DNA of 64,000 bases from Bacteroidales bacterium (GTDB taxonomy: Bacteria > Bacteroidota > Bacteroidia > Bacteroidales > UBA3663). The stretch covers positions 33,867-97,866 of the forward strand of contig JAZQQU010000062.1 in the NCBI GenBank assembly GCA_045629225.1, given 5' to 3'. Of this stretch, positions 20,972 through 30,602 are shown piece after piece. Every line of letters starts with the position of its first letter. Position 1 is the stretch's first letter. A model generated the notes under the pieces. That model was not told the origin of the DNA. It did no database searches and was given only the letters and a program-made list of their open reading frames with translations. A program made the translations under genes and the position numbers.

Positions 20972-21193
20972 TTGTGTATACACAAAAGTCTGCCAGCATC
21001 TCTAGCGAAGAATTGTGCGTGCACAAAAGACTGCCAGCATCTCTGGCAAGAAATTGTGCGTGCACAAAAGTCTGCCAGCATCTCTGGCAAGAAATTGTGT
21101 GCGCACAAAAGTCTGCCAGCATCTCTGGCAAGGAAATGTGTGCGCACAAAAGTCTGCCAGCACACCTGGCAAAGAATTGTGCGCGCACAGAAG
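20970..21193 (+). repeat. 41-bp tandem array A, 5 full units plus a half unit
   Basis: Units start at 20970, 21011, 21052, 21093, 21134 and 21175. Consensus is AATTGTGCGTGCACAAAAGTCTGCCAGCATCTCTGGCAAGA, holding two palindromes (TTGTGC/GCACAA and TGCCAG-N5-CTGGCA). Confidence 0.95.
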
Positions 21194-21422
21194 CACGTTA
21201 GATACTCATGCAAGGCATTGCATATCTGCAACAGCCGCTTCTGGCATCACGCCAAGAATTGTAGCTATCGAAGCAAGCTGAACATACTGAAATGCACTCA
21301 CCATGCCTGTTTTTGCAACGAAAATATAGCAAATTGCACATTTTTTAGAATTATTTTTGACATTTTTAACGCATATTTATTCCACAATGTGCGTTTGTCT
21401 TGTTTTTATGAAATAAAATAAG

Positions 21423-21430
21423 TAACTTTG
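21423..21430 (+). promoter_or_regulatory. -7 box for the SusC-like gene
   Basis: TAACTTTG sits about 130 nt upstream of the start codon. Confidence 0.5.
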
Positions 21431-21562
21431 CGGCGTTTTTTAAGGTATTGAAAGGTATTGTAACGAAACGAAAGCAGCACATTCTATAAAAAAGATAGTG
21501 TAATCTCTCCCGTTTAGATATTCTGTCAATATAGATATTGTTTTTAATTAATGTATTATTTC

Positions 21563-24500
21563 ATGAGAAAATTCTTATCTCTCATTGTCATGTTGGTTAT
21601 GGGCATGACGATGCTGATGGCACAGAACAAGACCGTGACAGGTACGGTCATCAGTGCCGAAGATGGGGAGCCAGTCATTGGTGCTTCGGTTGTCGTGCCA
21701 GGCACTACGGTCGGTACGGTTACTGACATTGATGGCAATTTCACCCTCAAAGTTCCCGAGAATTCTACATCGATCACTGTGTCGTTCATCGGCATGACCA
21801 CCGAGACCGTCAAGATCGGCAAGGGTAAGGTCAATGTGACCTTGAGCACCGACAATGCCATCCTCGACGAGGTCATGGTTGTAGCCTTCGGTCAGGCCAA
21901 GAAGTCGGCATTCACCGGTTCGGCTACCGTTGTGGGCAGCGAGGAACTGGGTAAGGCTCAGGTGACCAGTGTGACCAATGCACTGGCCGGCTCAGTGCCT
22001 GGCGTACAGCTCACATCATCCAGCGGTGACCCTACAGCGACCTCGACCATCCGTATCCGTGGCATCAGCTCAATCAACGCAGGCAAGGACCCACTGATCA
22101 TCGTGGACGGTGCCACCTATTCGGGAGACATGAGCAACATCAACCCTGCAGACGTAGAATCGATGACCGTGCTGAAGGATGCTGCATCGGCAGCCCTGTA
22201 CGGTGCACGTGGTGCCAATGGTGTAATCATCATCACCACCAAGAACGCCAAGAAGGGTCAGGACGCCAAGGTGACTGTCGATGCCAAGTGGGGTGGCAAC
22301 ACCCGTGCCCTGCAGCACTATGACGTGATCAAGAGCCCTGCTCAGTATTACGAGATGCAGTACCTGGCCTTGAACAACTACTACCAGAATGCCGTAGGTC
22401 AGACCCCTCTGCAGGCATGGCAGTCAGCCAACAGCGTGCTCTGTGGCCGCTCGGACCAGGGTGGTCTTGGCTACAATGTCTGGACCGTGCCTGAAGGACA
22501 GCTGCTCATCGGCCAGAATGGCAAGCTCAATCCTAACGCTACTCTGGGTCGCTCGGATGGAACCTTCTATTTTGTTCCTGACGACTGGGAGGATATCGCT
22601 ACTCGTACGGGCGTGCGCCAGGAGTATAATGTGTCAATCAACGGTTCGACTGACAAGTCGAGCACTTACATCTCGCTGGGCTACCTGAAGAACGAAGGTA
22701 TCTCATATAAGTCAGACCTGGAACGTATCTCTGCTCGCCTGCGCAGCGACTATCAGGTCAAGAAGTGGCTCAAAGTGGGCGCCAGCGCTGCCTATACCAA
22801 CTTCGACGGCAACTCACTCCGTGAGAACGACAACGAGACTTCTACTGCCAACGTCTGGGCCTTCACCGCTCAGATGGCTCCTATCTATCCTTGTTACGTG
22901 CGCAACGCCGACGGCTCGATCATGGTCGATGGCAATGGCATCAAAGTGATGGACTACGGCGATGGCCACCACGGCGGCGACCGTCCTTTCATACAGGACG
23001 CCAACCCTATCCAGGACATCCGTCTGAACACAGACAACTTCGAGGGCAACAACCTCAACGCAAGCGTATTTGCCGATGCCACCATCCTGCCAGGCCTGGT
23101 TCTGACTGTGAACGCAGCACTCAACCTCGACGAAACTCGTGGCACTTACTACTACAACCCATACTACGGTCAGTTCGACTCAACTGGTGGCACACTCCAG
23201 AAGTACAACAAGCGTACCAACGACGTCACCACCCAGCAGTTGCTCAACTACACCACCACCTTCAACGAGAAGCACAACCTCAACGTGATGCTCGGCCATG
23301 AGTACTACAAGTACATCTATAAGTACCTCACCGCATCGAAGGCCATGATGTTCTCTGACAAGAACCTCGAGCTCGGTGGCGCTGTAGTCGATACTCAGAA
23401 TGCCTACTCATACACAAGCGAATACAATGTAGAGGGTTATTTGGCGCGTGTACAGTATGACTATGATGACAAGTACTTCACCAGTGCTTCGTTCCGTCGC
23501 GACGCATCCAGCCGCTTTGCTCCAGAGAACCGTTGGGGTTCATTCTGGTCGCTGGGTGGTGCCTGGATGATGTCAAAGGAGGATTGGTTTGACTTCAGCT
23601 GGATTGACCAGTTCAAGATCAAGGCTTCGTATGGTTCACAGGGTAATGATGACATTGGTAACTATCGCTACACCGACCAGTTCAACATCCAGAACTCTGG
23701 TGGCAACGTAGGTGTATCATTCAACCAGAAGGGCAACAAGAACATCACCTGGGAGACCAACAACAACTACAACTTCGGTATCGAGGCTAGTTTCTGGAAG
23801 AAGCTCGACATCAGCGCTGAGTACTTCTACAAGAAGACCACCGACATGCTCCTCTACTTCTCTGTTGCTCCATCACTCGGCTACGACGGCGTTTATGAGA
23901 ACGTGGGTGACCTCGTGAACAAGGGCTTCGAGCTAGATTTGAGCTACAACATCTATCGAAACAAGAACATTCAGTGGGATGCCCGCTTCAACATATCGTA
24001 CGTCAAGAACGAGATTACCAAGTTGCACGAAGATAACAAGACCGCTACCTACTACGACTTGGATGGCAATGCTTACAAGGGCTTTGTTTCAGGCAGTTTC
24101 TTCCGTGCCGAGGGTCTCAGTGTATACGACTGGCGAATCAAGGAGTATGCTGGCGTAGATCCAGAGACTGGTCTGGCCATGTGGTACAAGAACAAATGGG
24201 AGACCGACAGCGAAGGCAACCTGCCTAAGGACGACAAGGGCAACGAGGTGAAGAACTGGATTGGCACCGAGACCACTACCAGCTACAACGATGCTGACTA
24301 CTTTGTCAACAACAAATCAACCATGCCTAACTGGTTCGGCGGCTTCGGCACTACAGTGACTGCCTACGGCTTCGACTTCAGCGTAAACTGCTCGTTTGCC
24401 TTGGGTGGCAAGCAGGTGGATGCAACCTACGCCACCTTCATGGGCAGCCCAACCAGCAGCCACGGTGGTTACAACTACCACAAGGACCTGCTCAAGTCAT

Positions 24501-24817
24501 GGACCAAGGAGAATCCTTCGAGCGACATTCCACGCTTCCAGTATGCTGATGCCTACAACTCTGGTTTCTGCTCACGTTACTTCACTTCAGCCTCTTATCT
24601 CAACATTGAGAACGTGAACCTGGGCTACACCCTGCCACGTAACCTGCTCAAGAGCCTGCAGATCGACAACCTGCGCATCTACTTCGCAGCCGAGAACCTC
24701 GGTTACATCAGCGCTCGCAAGGGCTTCGATCCACGTCAGACCTTCAGCGATGCCTCTTATGGTACACGCTACGCTCCAATGCGTACCGTTTCGGGTGGTA
24801 TCTCGCTCACATTCTAA
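21563..24817 (+). CDS. SusC/RagA-family TonB-linked outer-membrane transporter
   Basis: Signal peptide, carboxypeptidase-regulatory-like domain (TVTGTVISAEDGEPVIGASVVV), TonB box DEVMVVAFG, plug motif (PLIIVDG...LYGARGANGVIIITTK), and a terminal ...GGISLTF. Confidence 0.9.
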   Translation: MRKFLSLIVMLVMGMTMLMAQNKTVTGTVISAEDGEPVIGASVVVPGTTVGTVTDIDGNFTLKVPENSTSITVSFIGMTTETVKIGKGKVNVTLSTDNAILDEVMVVAFGQAKKSAFTGSATVVGSEELGKAQVTSVTNALAGSVPGVQLTSSSGDPTATSTIRIRGISSINAGKDPLIIVDGATYSGDMSNINPADVESMTVLKDAASAALYGARGANGVIIITTKNAKKGQDAKVTVDAKWGGNTRALQHYDVIKSPAQYYEMQYLALNNYYQNAVGQTPLQAWQSANSVLCGRSDQGGLGYNVWTVPEGQLLIGQNGKLNPNATLGRSDGTFYFVPDDWEDIATRTGVRQEYNVSINGSTDKSSTYISLGYLKNEGISYKSDLERISARLRSDYQVKKWLKVGASAAYTNFDGNSLRENDNETSTANVWAFTAQMAPIYPCYVRNADGSIMVDGNGIKVMDYGDGHHGGDRPFIQDANPIQDIRLNTDNFEGNNLNASVFADATILPGLVLTVNAALNLDETRGTYYYNPYYGQFDSTGGTLQKYNKRTNDVTTQQLLNYTTTFNEKHNLNVMLGHEYYKYIYKYLTASKAMMFSDKNLELGGAVVDTQNAYSYTSEYNVEGYLARVQYDYDDKYFTSASFRRDASSRFAPENRWGSFWSLGGAWMMSKEDWFDFSWIDQFKIKASYGSQGNDDIGNYRYTDQFNIQNSGGNVGVSFNQKGNKNITWETNNNYNFGIEASFWKKLDISAEYFYKKTTDMLLYFSVAPSLGYDGVYENVGDLVNKGFELDLSYNIYRNKNIQWDARFNISYVKNEITKLHEDNKTATYYDLDGNAYKGFVSGSFFRAEGLSVYDWRIKEYAGVDPETGLAMWYKNKWETDSEGNLPKDDKGNEVKNWIGTETTTSYNDADYFVNNKSTMPNWFGGFGTTVTAYGFDFSVNCSFALGGKQVDATYATFMGSPTSSHGGYNYHKDLLKSWTKENPSSDIPRFQYADAYNSGFCSRYFTSASYLNIENVNLGYTLPRNLLKSLQIDNLRIYFAAENLGYISARKGFDPRQTFSDASYGTRYAPMRTVSGGISLTF

Positions 24818-24848
24818 TATTAATAATGTATAAAGAAGAAATAGCAAT

Positions 24849-26516
24849 ATGAAGACTTTATCATATCTTTCACTGATGGGTGTGGCTCTCGTGGGTTTGA
24901 ATGCCTGCATCGAGGAGACCTTCCCTGAGGACAGCTTTGCTACCACCGAGCAGGTGGCCTCTTCGCCATCAGCCATCAAGGCCTCAGCCCTTGGCATGCC
25001 TTCGGCAATGTCACAGGGATACTATGTATATGAGGAGCAGGTGCACGAGACCGACATGTCCTATCCACAGTTTATGATTGCCTTTACCGAGTTGATGGGC
25101 GACATGTATCCTGAGGGTTCGAACTCAGGCTACGACTGGTATCGCAACTACAACACCTTCGACCGCACTTTCGGTGCAGACTCATACTATGCCTACCTGC
25201 CTTGGTTCACCTGCTACAAGCTGATCAAGACCAACAACGATATCCTCTCAGCTGTCGATGTATCTGATCCCGAGACTTCGGACGAGATCAAGTACTACGG
25301 TGCGCTGGCTCACACCTGCCGTGCATTCAACTACTACTTGCTCACTGTGATGTTCCAGCCCGTAGAGAATATCTACACGAACTGCTCGAAGGTGCTCGAC
25401 CTCACCGTGCCTAAGGTGACAGAGAAGACCACTCGCGAAGAGGCCAAGCAGAACCCACGTCTGACCCGCGCTGAGATGAAAGAGTTCCTCCTCTCTGACC
25501 TTGAAAAGGCCGACTCTACCTTCAACGCCATCGGTGCTGCCAACATCAAGGCCATGAGCCTGGGCAAGACTCTGCCCTCGCTTGCCGTGATCTATGGTCT
25601 GAAGGCTAAGGTTTATATGTGGTTCGAGGATTATGCCAACGCTGCCACTTGGGCACAGAAGGCTGTAGATGAGGCTGAAGCCAACGGTGCTTCGCCTGTC
25701 ACCGCCGCTCAGTGGGAGGATCCTAACACTGGCTTCGCCCAGGCCAACCAGGCTTGGTTGTGGTATACCCACTACGATGCTGAGAACATGGGCAACCTCT
25801 GCAACTTCACCGGCTGGATGTCGGGCGAGGCTGACTGGGGCTACTCATCACTTACTTTCCCATCAATGGACAAGTCGCTCTACGACAAGATCGGTGCCTC
25901 GGACTTCCGTCACACCACCTTCCTTAACCCTGCCAAGTTCGGATACTACGACTACAAGACATGCCGCGACGAGGCATTCATCGAGGACGCTCCTGACTAT
26001 CTGTCGCTCAAGTTCCGCTGCCTCAGCGGTGACTGGCAGAACTACACCGTGGGTGGCGTAGTCGATGTGCCCATCATGCGTATCGAGGAGTTGCAGCTGC
26101 TGGCCATTGAGGCCCGCACCTTGTCAGAGAAGACTTTCGGCCGAGGCGCCATGGAGCTGCAAAGCTGGGTCAACCACTATCGTGACCCAGAGTATGTGAC
26201 ACGTGCCAGCGACGAGCGATCTTTCGAGCTTGCCATGCTCGACCAGCTCCGCATCGAGTTCTGGGGTGAGGGCAATGCCTTCCCTTCGGCCAAGCGCATC
26301 AAGCCAGACGTAGTGCAGAACTACGAGGGCACCAATGCACCTGCTGACATCTTCAAGTTCAACTGTAAGGGCATCAAGCCAAACTGGAACTTCGTGATCC
26401 CAGTGAAGGAGACCCAGTCGAACCAGATTCTGGAGATGACCAACAATCCAGATCCATCAGCCTGCATTCCTGTCTCTTCACGTCCAACCCCAGTAGGCGA
26501 ATTTGCCAAAAAATAA
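24849..26516 (+). CDS. SusD/RagB-family lipoprotein
   Basis: Lipobox LNAC, typical length, TPR-like helical core, C-terminal EFWGEGNAF motif, directly after SusC. Confidence 0.9.
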   Translation: MKTLSYLSLMGVALVGLNACIEETFPEDSFATTEQVASSPSAIKASALGMPSAMSQGYYVYEEQVHETDMSYPQFMIAFTELMGDMYPEGSNSGYDWYRNYNTFDRTFGADSYYAYLPWFTCYKLIKTNNDILSAVDVSDPETSDEIKYYGALAHTCRAFNYYLLTVMFQPVENIYTNCSKVLDLTVPKVTEKTTREEAKQNPRLTRAEMKEFLLSDLEKADSTFNAIGAANIKAMSLGKTLPSLAVIYGLKAKVYMWFEDYANAATWAQKAVDEAEANGASPVTAAQWEDPNTGFAQANQAWLWYTHYDAENMGNLCNFTGWMSGEADWGYSSLTFPSMDKSLYDKIGASDFRHTTFLNPAKFGYYDYKTCRDEAFIEDAPDYLSLKFRCLSGDWQNYTVGGVVDVPIMRIEELQLLAIEARTLSEKTFGRGAMELQSWVNHYRDPEYVTRASDERSFELAMLDQLRIEFWGEGNAFPSAKRIKPDVVQNYEGTNAPADIFKFNCKGIKPNWNFVIPVKETQSNQILEMTNNPDPSACIPVSSRPTPVGEFAKK

Positions 26517-26539
26517 TATGCTAACTGCTTATAAAGAAA

Positions 26540-28396
26540 ATGTCTATGAAATTCGATAAGATATTAGCAATCAGCCTGGCTGCCACCATGAGCGTAGCAT
26601 TCACTGCCTGCGATGACGACAGTGATGACTACTCAGCAGCCAGCCCCGAGCAGGGAGCCAAGGCTTACTTCCTGCCCAGCAATGCCAAGACCATCGATCT
26701 GCTCGACTCAGCATCGAACTTCAGTGTGAAGCTCAGCCGCTCTGAGAACTCCTCAGCCCTCTCGGTACCCGTGAGCTTCACCGCTTCGAAGGAGGGAGTC
26801 TTCACCTGCCCTGCCACCGTTGACTTTGCCGCTGGCAGCAGCGAGGCTACACTCACCATTGCCTACGATGGCACCAAGCTCGACTATGAGGAGCCTGTGG
26901 ACATCAGCATCACCATCGACGCTGCTTCATCTTCTATCTACGGCATCGCCTCATACTCTGCCACAGCCATGATTCCTGCCCCATGGGCTTCTATCGGTGT
27001 GGGCACCATTGTGGATGACTTCATCACCGGCTTCTTCGGTGTAGAGAACGTAGCTTGGCAGGTTGAGATCGAAGCTCACCAGCTCATCCCAGGCTTCTAC
27101 CGTTTGGTCAATCCTTATGGCGCTGGCTATCCTTACAACGAGCCTGGAGACTTCGACACCACTCAGGACTACTATCTCGAGATCCATGCCGAGGACCCAT
27201 CGAAGGTCTGGATTCCAACCACCACTTATGGCATGGACTGGGGCTATGGCAACTTCATCTTCGGCTCGCTGGCTGGTTATTACCTGAATAAGGGTGACGA
27301 GGATTCAGCTGCAGCCTACTATGGATCTCTGCAGGATGGCATCATCACCTTCCCTGCTGACGCTCTGCTCATCGGCATGAGCGACTACAACGATGGTGGA
27401 CTCTATTCCAGCAATGGTGCGGGGGCCTTCAAGGTTGTTATGCCAGGCATTGTGCTGGCTGACTACAGTGTTAACATGGTTTATAATGGCAAGTACTATG
27501 ACACTGTCGATAACCTCTATGCCGTGGCTCAGATCCTCAGCATGGGCGAGGATGTAGAGAGTGTCCGCCTGGCCGTATGCCCAGCCGACCAGACCAACGA
27601 GTTGGTGGAGGCTATCATTGCCGACGAGGTTACCTATATGGTGCTTGCTGATCCTGGCAAGATCGAACTACCTATGCCTGAGAATGCAGAGAGTGGCAAA
27701 TACACCATTGTGGGCATTTCGTACGACGCCAACAAGGAGGCTCAGGAGGTGACGACTGTCAATTTCAAGTACACCTCACTCTCAGGCGAGCCTGAAGAGA
27801 GTTGGTCTCCATTCTATGTGGGCAACTACACCTACTATCAGTGTTTCGAGGGCACAGACGAAGACGTGGTGCTTTCGATGAACGACGATGACCAAGTGCG
27901 TTGCAAGCTTGAGCCATGGGGCGTAGGCACTGCCTTCTACTTCAACTGGGATGATGACGACAACGTCTGGATTGATGCCGATCAAGATATGGAGTTCAGC
28001 CAGAGCCCATACGGAGACTTCTATGTAACCGACATGGCCTCAGACTGCGCATTCGCTCCAGGCAACGACTGGGCAACCGTCATTCAGGCATACTACGCTG
28101 AGGACTGCACCGGCACCGAGGGTGACCCAAGCTATGTGGACTACGAAACAAGCACGTTCTACTTCAACGTGGCATACTACACCTCTGAGGGTTATATCAT
28201 CGGTTGGGGCTACGAGACTTTCGAGCTTACAGCCATGGCTTATGCCCGCGGCATGAACCGTGTTGCCGCCCTGCCACAGGTTAGCAGCTTCGGCCAGACT
28301 CAGCGCCACAGCCATGTCAAAATGCTTGACAAGCCAAAGCGCATCAAAAGTATGATCCGTCAGCTCAAGAAGAACGACGCCAAGCGCATGTTCTAA
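26540..28396 (+). CDS. surface lipoprotein of unknown function (in the SusE/F position)
   Basis: Lipobox AFTAC followed by an acidic DDDSDD linker; 23 nt after SusD; no enzyme motif recognised. Confidence 0.6.
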   Translation: MSMKFDKILAISLAATMSVAFTACDDDSDDYSAASPEQGAKAYFLPSNAKTIDLLDSASNFSVKLSRSENSSALSVPVSFTASKEGVFTCPATVDFAAGSSEATLTIAYDGTKLDYEEPVDISITIDAASSSIYGIASYSATAMIPAPWASIGVGTIVDDFITGFFGVENVAWQVEIEAHQLIPGFYRLVNPYGAGYPYNEPGDFDTTQDYYLEIHAEDPSKVWIPTTTYGMDWGYGNFIFGSLAGYYLNKGDEDSAAAYYGSLQDGIITFPADALLIGMSDYNDGGLYSSNGAGAFKVVMPGIVLADYSVNMVYNGKYYDTVDNLYAVAQILSMGEDVESVRLAVCPADQTNELVEAIIADEVTYMVLADPGKIELPMPENAESGKYTIVGISYDANKEAQEVTTVNFKYTSLSGEPEESWSPFYVGNYTYYQCFEGTDEDVVLSMNDDDQVRCKLEPWGVGTAFYFNWDDDDNVWIDADQDMEFSQSPYGDFYVTDMASDCAFAPGNDWATVIQAYYAEDCTGTEGDPSYVDYETSTFYFNVAYYTSEGYIIGWGYETFELTAMAYARGMNRVAALPQVSSFGQTQRHSHVKMLDKPKRIKSMIRQLKKNDAKRMF

Positions 28397-28409
28397 TCCG
28401 CAAATAAGT

Positions 28410-28546
28410 CCTTGAGGCCTCGAAATCCTTGTCAGCAACTCTGGCAAGCGTTTCGAGGCCTCGGATTTCTCGCTAGAAACTCTGGCAAGCTTTCTGACGT
28501 CTCGAATTTCTCGTCAGCAACTCTGGTAAGCTTTCTGAGCAGCTCG
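28410..28546 (+). repeat. 41-bp tandem array C, about 3.3 units
   Basis: CTCTGG(C/T)AAG recurs at 28439, 28480 and 28521, exactly 41 bp apart. Module 2 resembles array A. Module 1 is replaced by different palindromes. Confidence 0.9.
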
Positions 28547-28686
28547 TACGATGAAATGGAACTTCTTGTTAAGCAAAAAGAGTTTGAAAATGCTCTTTTG
28601 GTGTACAAAACCGACATAATCTTTGCATTTTCTTCTGTTCCCTGCATTTTTTCAAACAAAAATTTGCATAATACGAAGTTTTACTA

Positions 28687-28694
28687 TATCTTTG
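28687..28694 (+). promoter_or_regulatory. -7 box for the first T9SS-cargo gene
   Basis: TATCTTTG with TTTG exactly 20 nt upstream (28663-28666); 55 nt before the ATG at 28749. Confidence 0.6.
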
Positions 28695-28748
28695 CACCAT
28701 TATTTATACATATTTTAATTTATTGTTTTATCCAAACGTAAAAAGCTT

Positions 28749-30497
28749 ATGAAGAATTTTTACACTCTTGCAATGGGTATTGCCATGATGACTGCAGCTG
28801 TAAGTGCTTCAGCAGAGGGTATCCATGTAGGTTATTCTGATGGCAAGTACAACCCAGATGGCCTGGGCAAGAACGGTAGCAACGCTACTATCAGCGCTGC
28901 TGTTCGCATCACCCCTGAGATGTTGGCACCATACGCCAGCTGTCAGATCACCAGCATGGCTGTAGCTCTGGCCGACAACAACAGCTATCCTGATGAGATC
29001 ACCGGTTGGCTCCGCAGCGACAAGGCAGGCGAAAACATCTATTCTGCAAGCGTAGCTGCTGCAGGTGGCTGGCTCACCCTTCAGTTCGATGCTCCAATCA
29101 ATGTGACTGAATTTACTGAGTCAGGCGTTTGGGCTGGTTTCGACTATGTTCAGCCTAAGAAGCTCAATATCCTTGCCATCGGTGGCGAGCCCAACATCCC
29201 TGATGCTTGTTGGACTGCCAAGAACGGCGCTTGGACTGACTTTAAGGCCTATGGTGTGCTCCCTATCGAGCTCGTTGTTGAGGGTGAGGGTCTGCCACAG
29301 CACGACCTCGCAATCAAGAACGCTGCCATCAAGCCAAACATCGTAAAACTCGGTGGTCTGATGAACGTATCAGGCACCATCAAGAATAATGCTCTGCAGT
29401 CTGCTACCGATCCATGCGTTAAGATTTCGTTCGACGACAATGTATATACCGAGACCATCGAGGCTACCCTTGGCTACCGCGATGAGGTTAACTTCGACTT
29501 GGCTCTGCAGCTCGATCCAAACGACACTCAGGAGCGTGAGGCTGACATCAAGGTTGAGGTTCTCTGGTCAGACGACACCATTGATGACTTCAGTGCTGAC
29601 AACGAGACCGTCGTTCCTGTAAGCTTCGTGAAGGAGGTATTCTTCCGCAAGATGGTAGTTGAGGAGGGTACTGGTGCATGGTGTGGCTGGTGCGTTCGCG
29701 GCCTTGTAGGTATGAAGGAGATGCGCGAGCAGTATCCTGATCAGTTCCTCGGCATCGGTGTTCACAATGGTGACGTTTACAAGGTTTCCGCTTACGATAG
29801 CTGGATGACCACTAAGATCAGCGGTTTCCCTTCATGTCTCATCAACCGTGATGGTAAGGTATACGATCCTAGCTTCGGCGAGCTCGAGTCTTACCTCAAC
29901 TCTATGAACGTCATCGCCACCATGGGCGTCGGCATCGAGGCTAAGTACGAGGAGGGCATGATGACCCTCACCGGTACCGTAACCCCAATGATCAGCCAGG
30001 ACGATGCTGATTACAACATTGCTTATGTCCTCATCGAGGATCAGCTTCCAATCAGCCAGTCTAACTACTACTCAGGTGGTGGCAACGGCCAGATGGGTGG
30101 TTTCGAGAACCTGCCTAACCCATGCAATATTGACATCGATGACGTGGCTCGCGATATTTATCCAAAGCCAGCTGGTTACTCAGACTGCATCCCTGCTCAG
30201 ATTACCAAGGGTACTCCAATCACCCACGAGGTAACCGTTGAGCTCCCTGAGTCTAAGTACAGCAATGCAGACAACCTCTCAGTTGCCATCCTGCTCATCA
30301 ACAACAAGACTGGTGAGGTAGTTAATGGCGAGAAGACCTCTCAGATTGAGGGCCTCAACTGGACCCGTCCAATCGCTATCGAGGAGGTACGCGAGGAGGT
30401 AGCTTCGGCAGTAGTTTACAACCTCAATGGTCAGCGCGTTAACGCTCAGAGCGGCTTGAACATCGTGAATGGCAAGGTTGTTTACTTCGCTAAGTAA
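28749..30497 (+). CDS. T9SS-sorted surface protein with an Omp28-related thioredoxin-like module
   Basis: Signal peptide, a CARDB-like segment (HDLAIKNAAIKPN...), an EEGTGAWCGWCVRG CxxC motif, and a C-terminal tail VYNLNGQRV...GLNIVNGKVVYFAK typical of T9SS sorting domains. Confidence 0.6.
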   Translation: MKNFYTLAMGIAMMTAAVSASAEGIHVGYSDGKYNPDGLGKNGSNATISAAVRITPEMLAPYASCQITSMAVALADNNSYPDEITGWLRSDKAGENIYSASVAAAGGWLTLQFDAPINVTEFTESGVWAGFDYVQPKKLNILAIGGEPNIPDACWTAKNGAWTDFKAYGVLPIELVVEGEGLPQHDLAIKNAAIKPNIVKLGGLMNVSGTIKNNALQSATDPCVKISFDDNVYTETIEATLGYRDEVNFDLALQLDPNDTQEREADIKVEVLWSDDTIDDFSADNETVVPVSFVKEVFFRKMVVEEGTGAWCGWCVRGLVGMKEMREQYPDQFLGIGVHNGDVYKVSAYDSWMTTKISGFPSCLINRDGKVYDPSFGELESYLNSMNVIATMGVGIEAKYEEGMMTLTGTVTPMISQDDADYNIAYVLIEDQLPISQSNYYSGGGNGQMGGFENLPNPCNIDIDDVARDIYPKPAGYSDCIPAQITKGTPITHEVTVELPESKYSNADNLSVAILLINNKTGEVVNGEKTSQIEGLNWTRPIAIEEVREEVASAVVYNLNGQRVNAQSGLNIVNGKVVYFAK

Positions 30498-30519
30498 TTA
30501 AGCAGCTTATAATCCAAAC

Positions 30520-30571
30520 AGACAAACGCGCAAAATGTTTGCACTCGCATCATTCTGTGCGTTTGTCTTTT
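30520..30571 (+). terminator. hairpin terminator after the Omp28-related gene
   Basis: AGACAAACGCGCA pairs with TGTGCGTTTGTCT in a 13-bp stem with one G-T pair, followed by TTTCTGTC. Confidence 0.5.
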
Positions 30572-30602
30572 CTGTCTAACCTCAATAAAATCTTTCAAAC
30601 CT

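Noticed and set aside
21045-21062. Sigma-54 -24/-12-like string CTGGCAAGAAATTGTGC spanning unit junctions in array A.
   Set aside because: The GG-to-GC spacing is one nucleotide too long. The -24 element reads TGGCAA, not TGGCAC. The equivalent junction in array B lacks the GC. It recurs only because the unit recurs.
20970-21193. CRISPR array interpretation of the 41/42-bp arrays (also 28410, 37038, 54102).
   Set aside because: The repeats are directly adjacent with no unique spacers, and no cas genes are present in the window.
21388-21400. The 13-mer TGTGCGTTTGTCT is shared between the SusC upstream region and the terminator arm at 30556.
   Set aside because: Tens of shared 13-mers are expected by chance in 64 kb, and no complementary arm is present at 213xx.
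20907-21421. Several overlapping 60-150-aa ORFs on both strands across array A (for example 20972..21421, 20920..21231).
   Set aside because: The 41-bp unit happens to lack stop codons in all six frames. The 'proteins' are just the repeat read in shifting frames. They have no promoter or gene-like composition.
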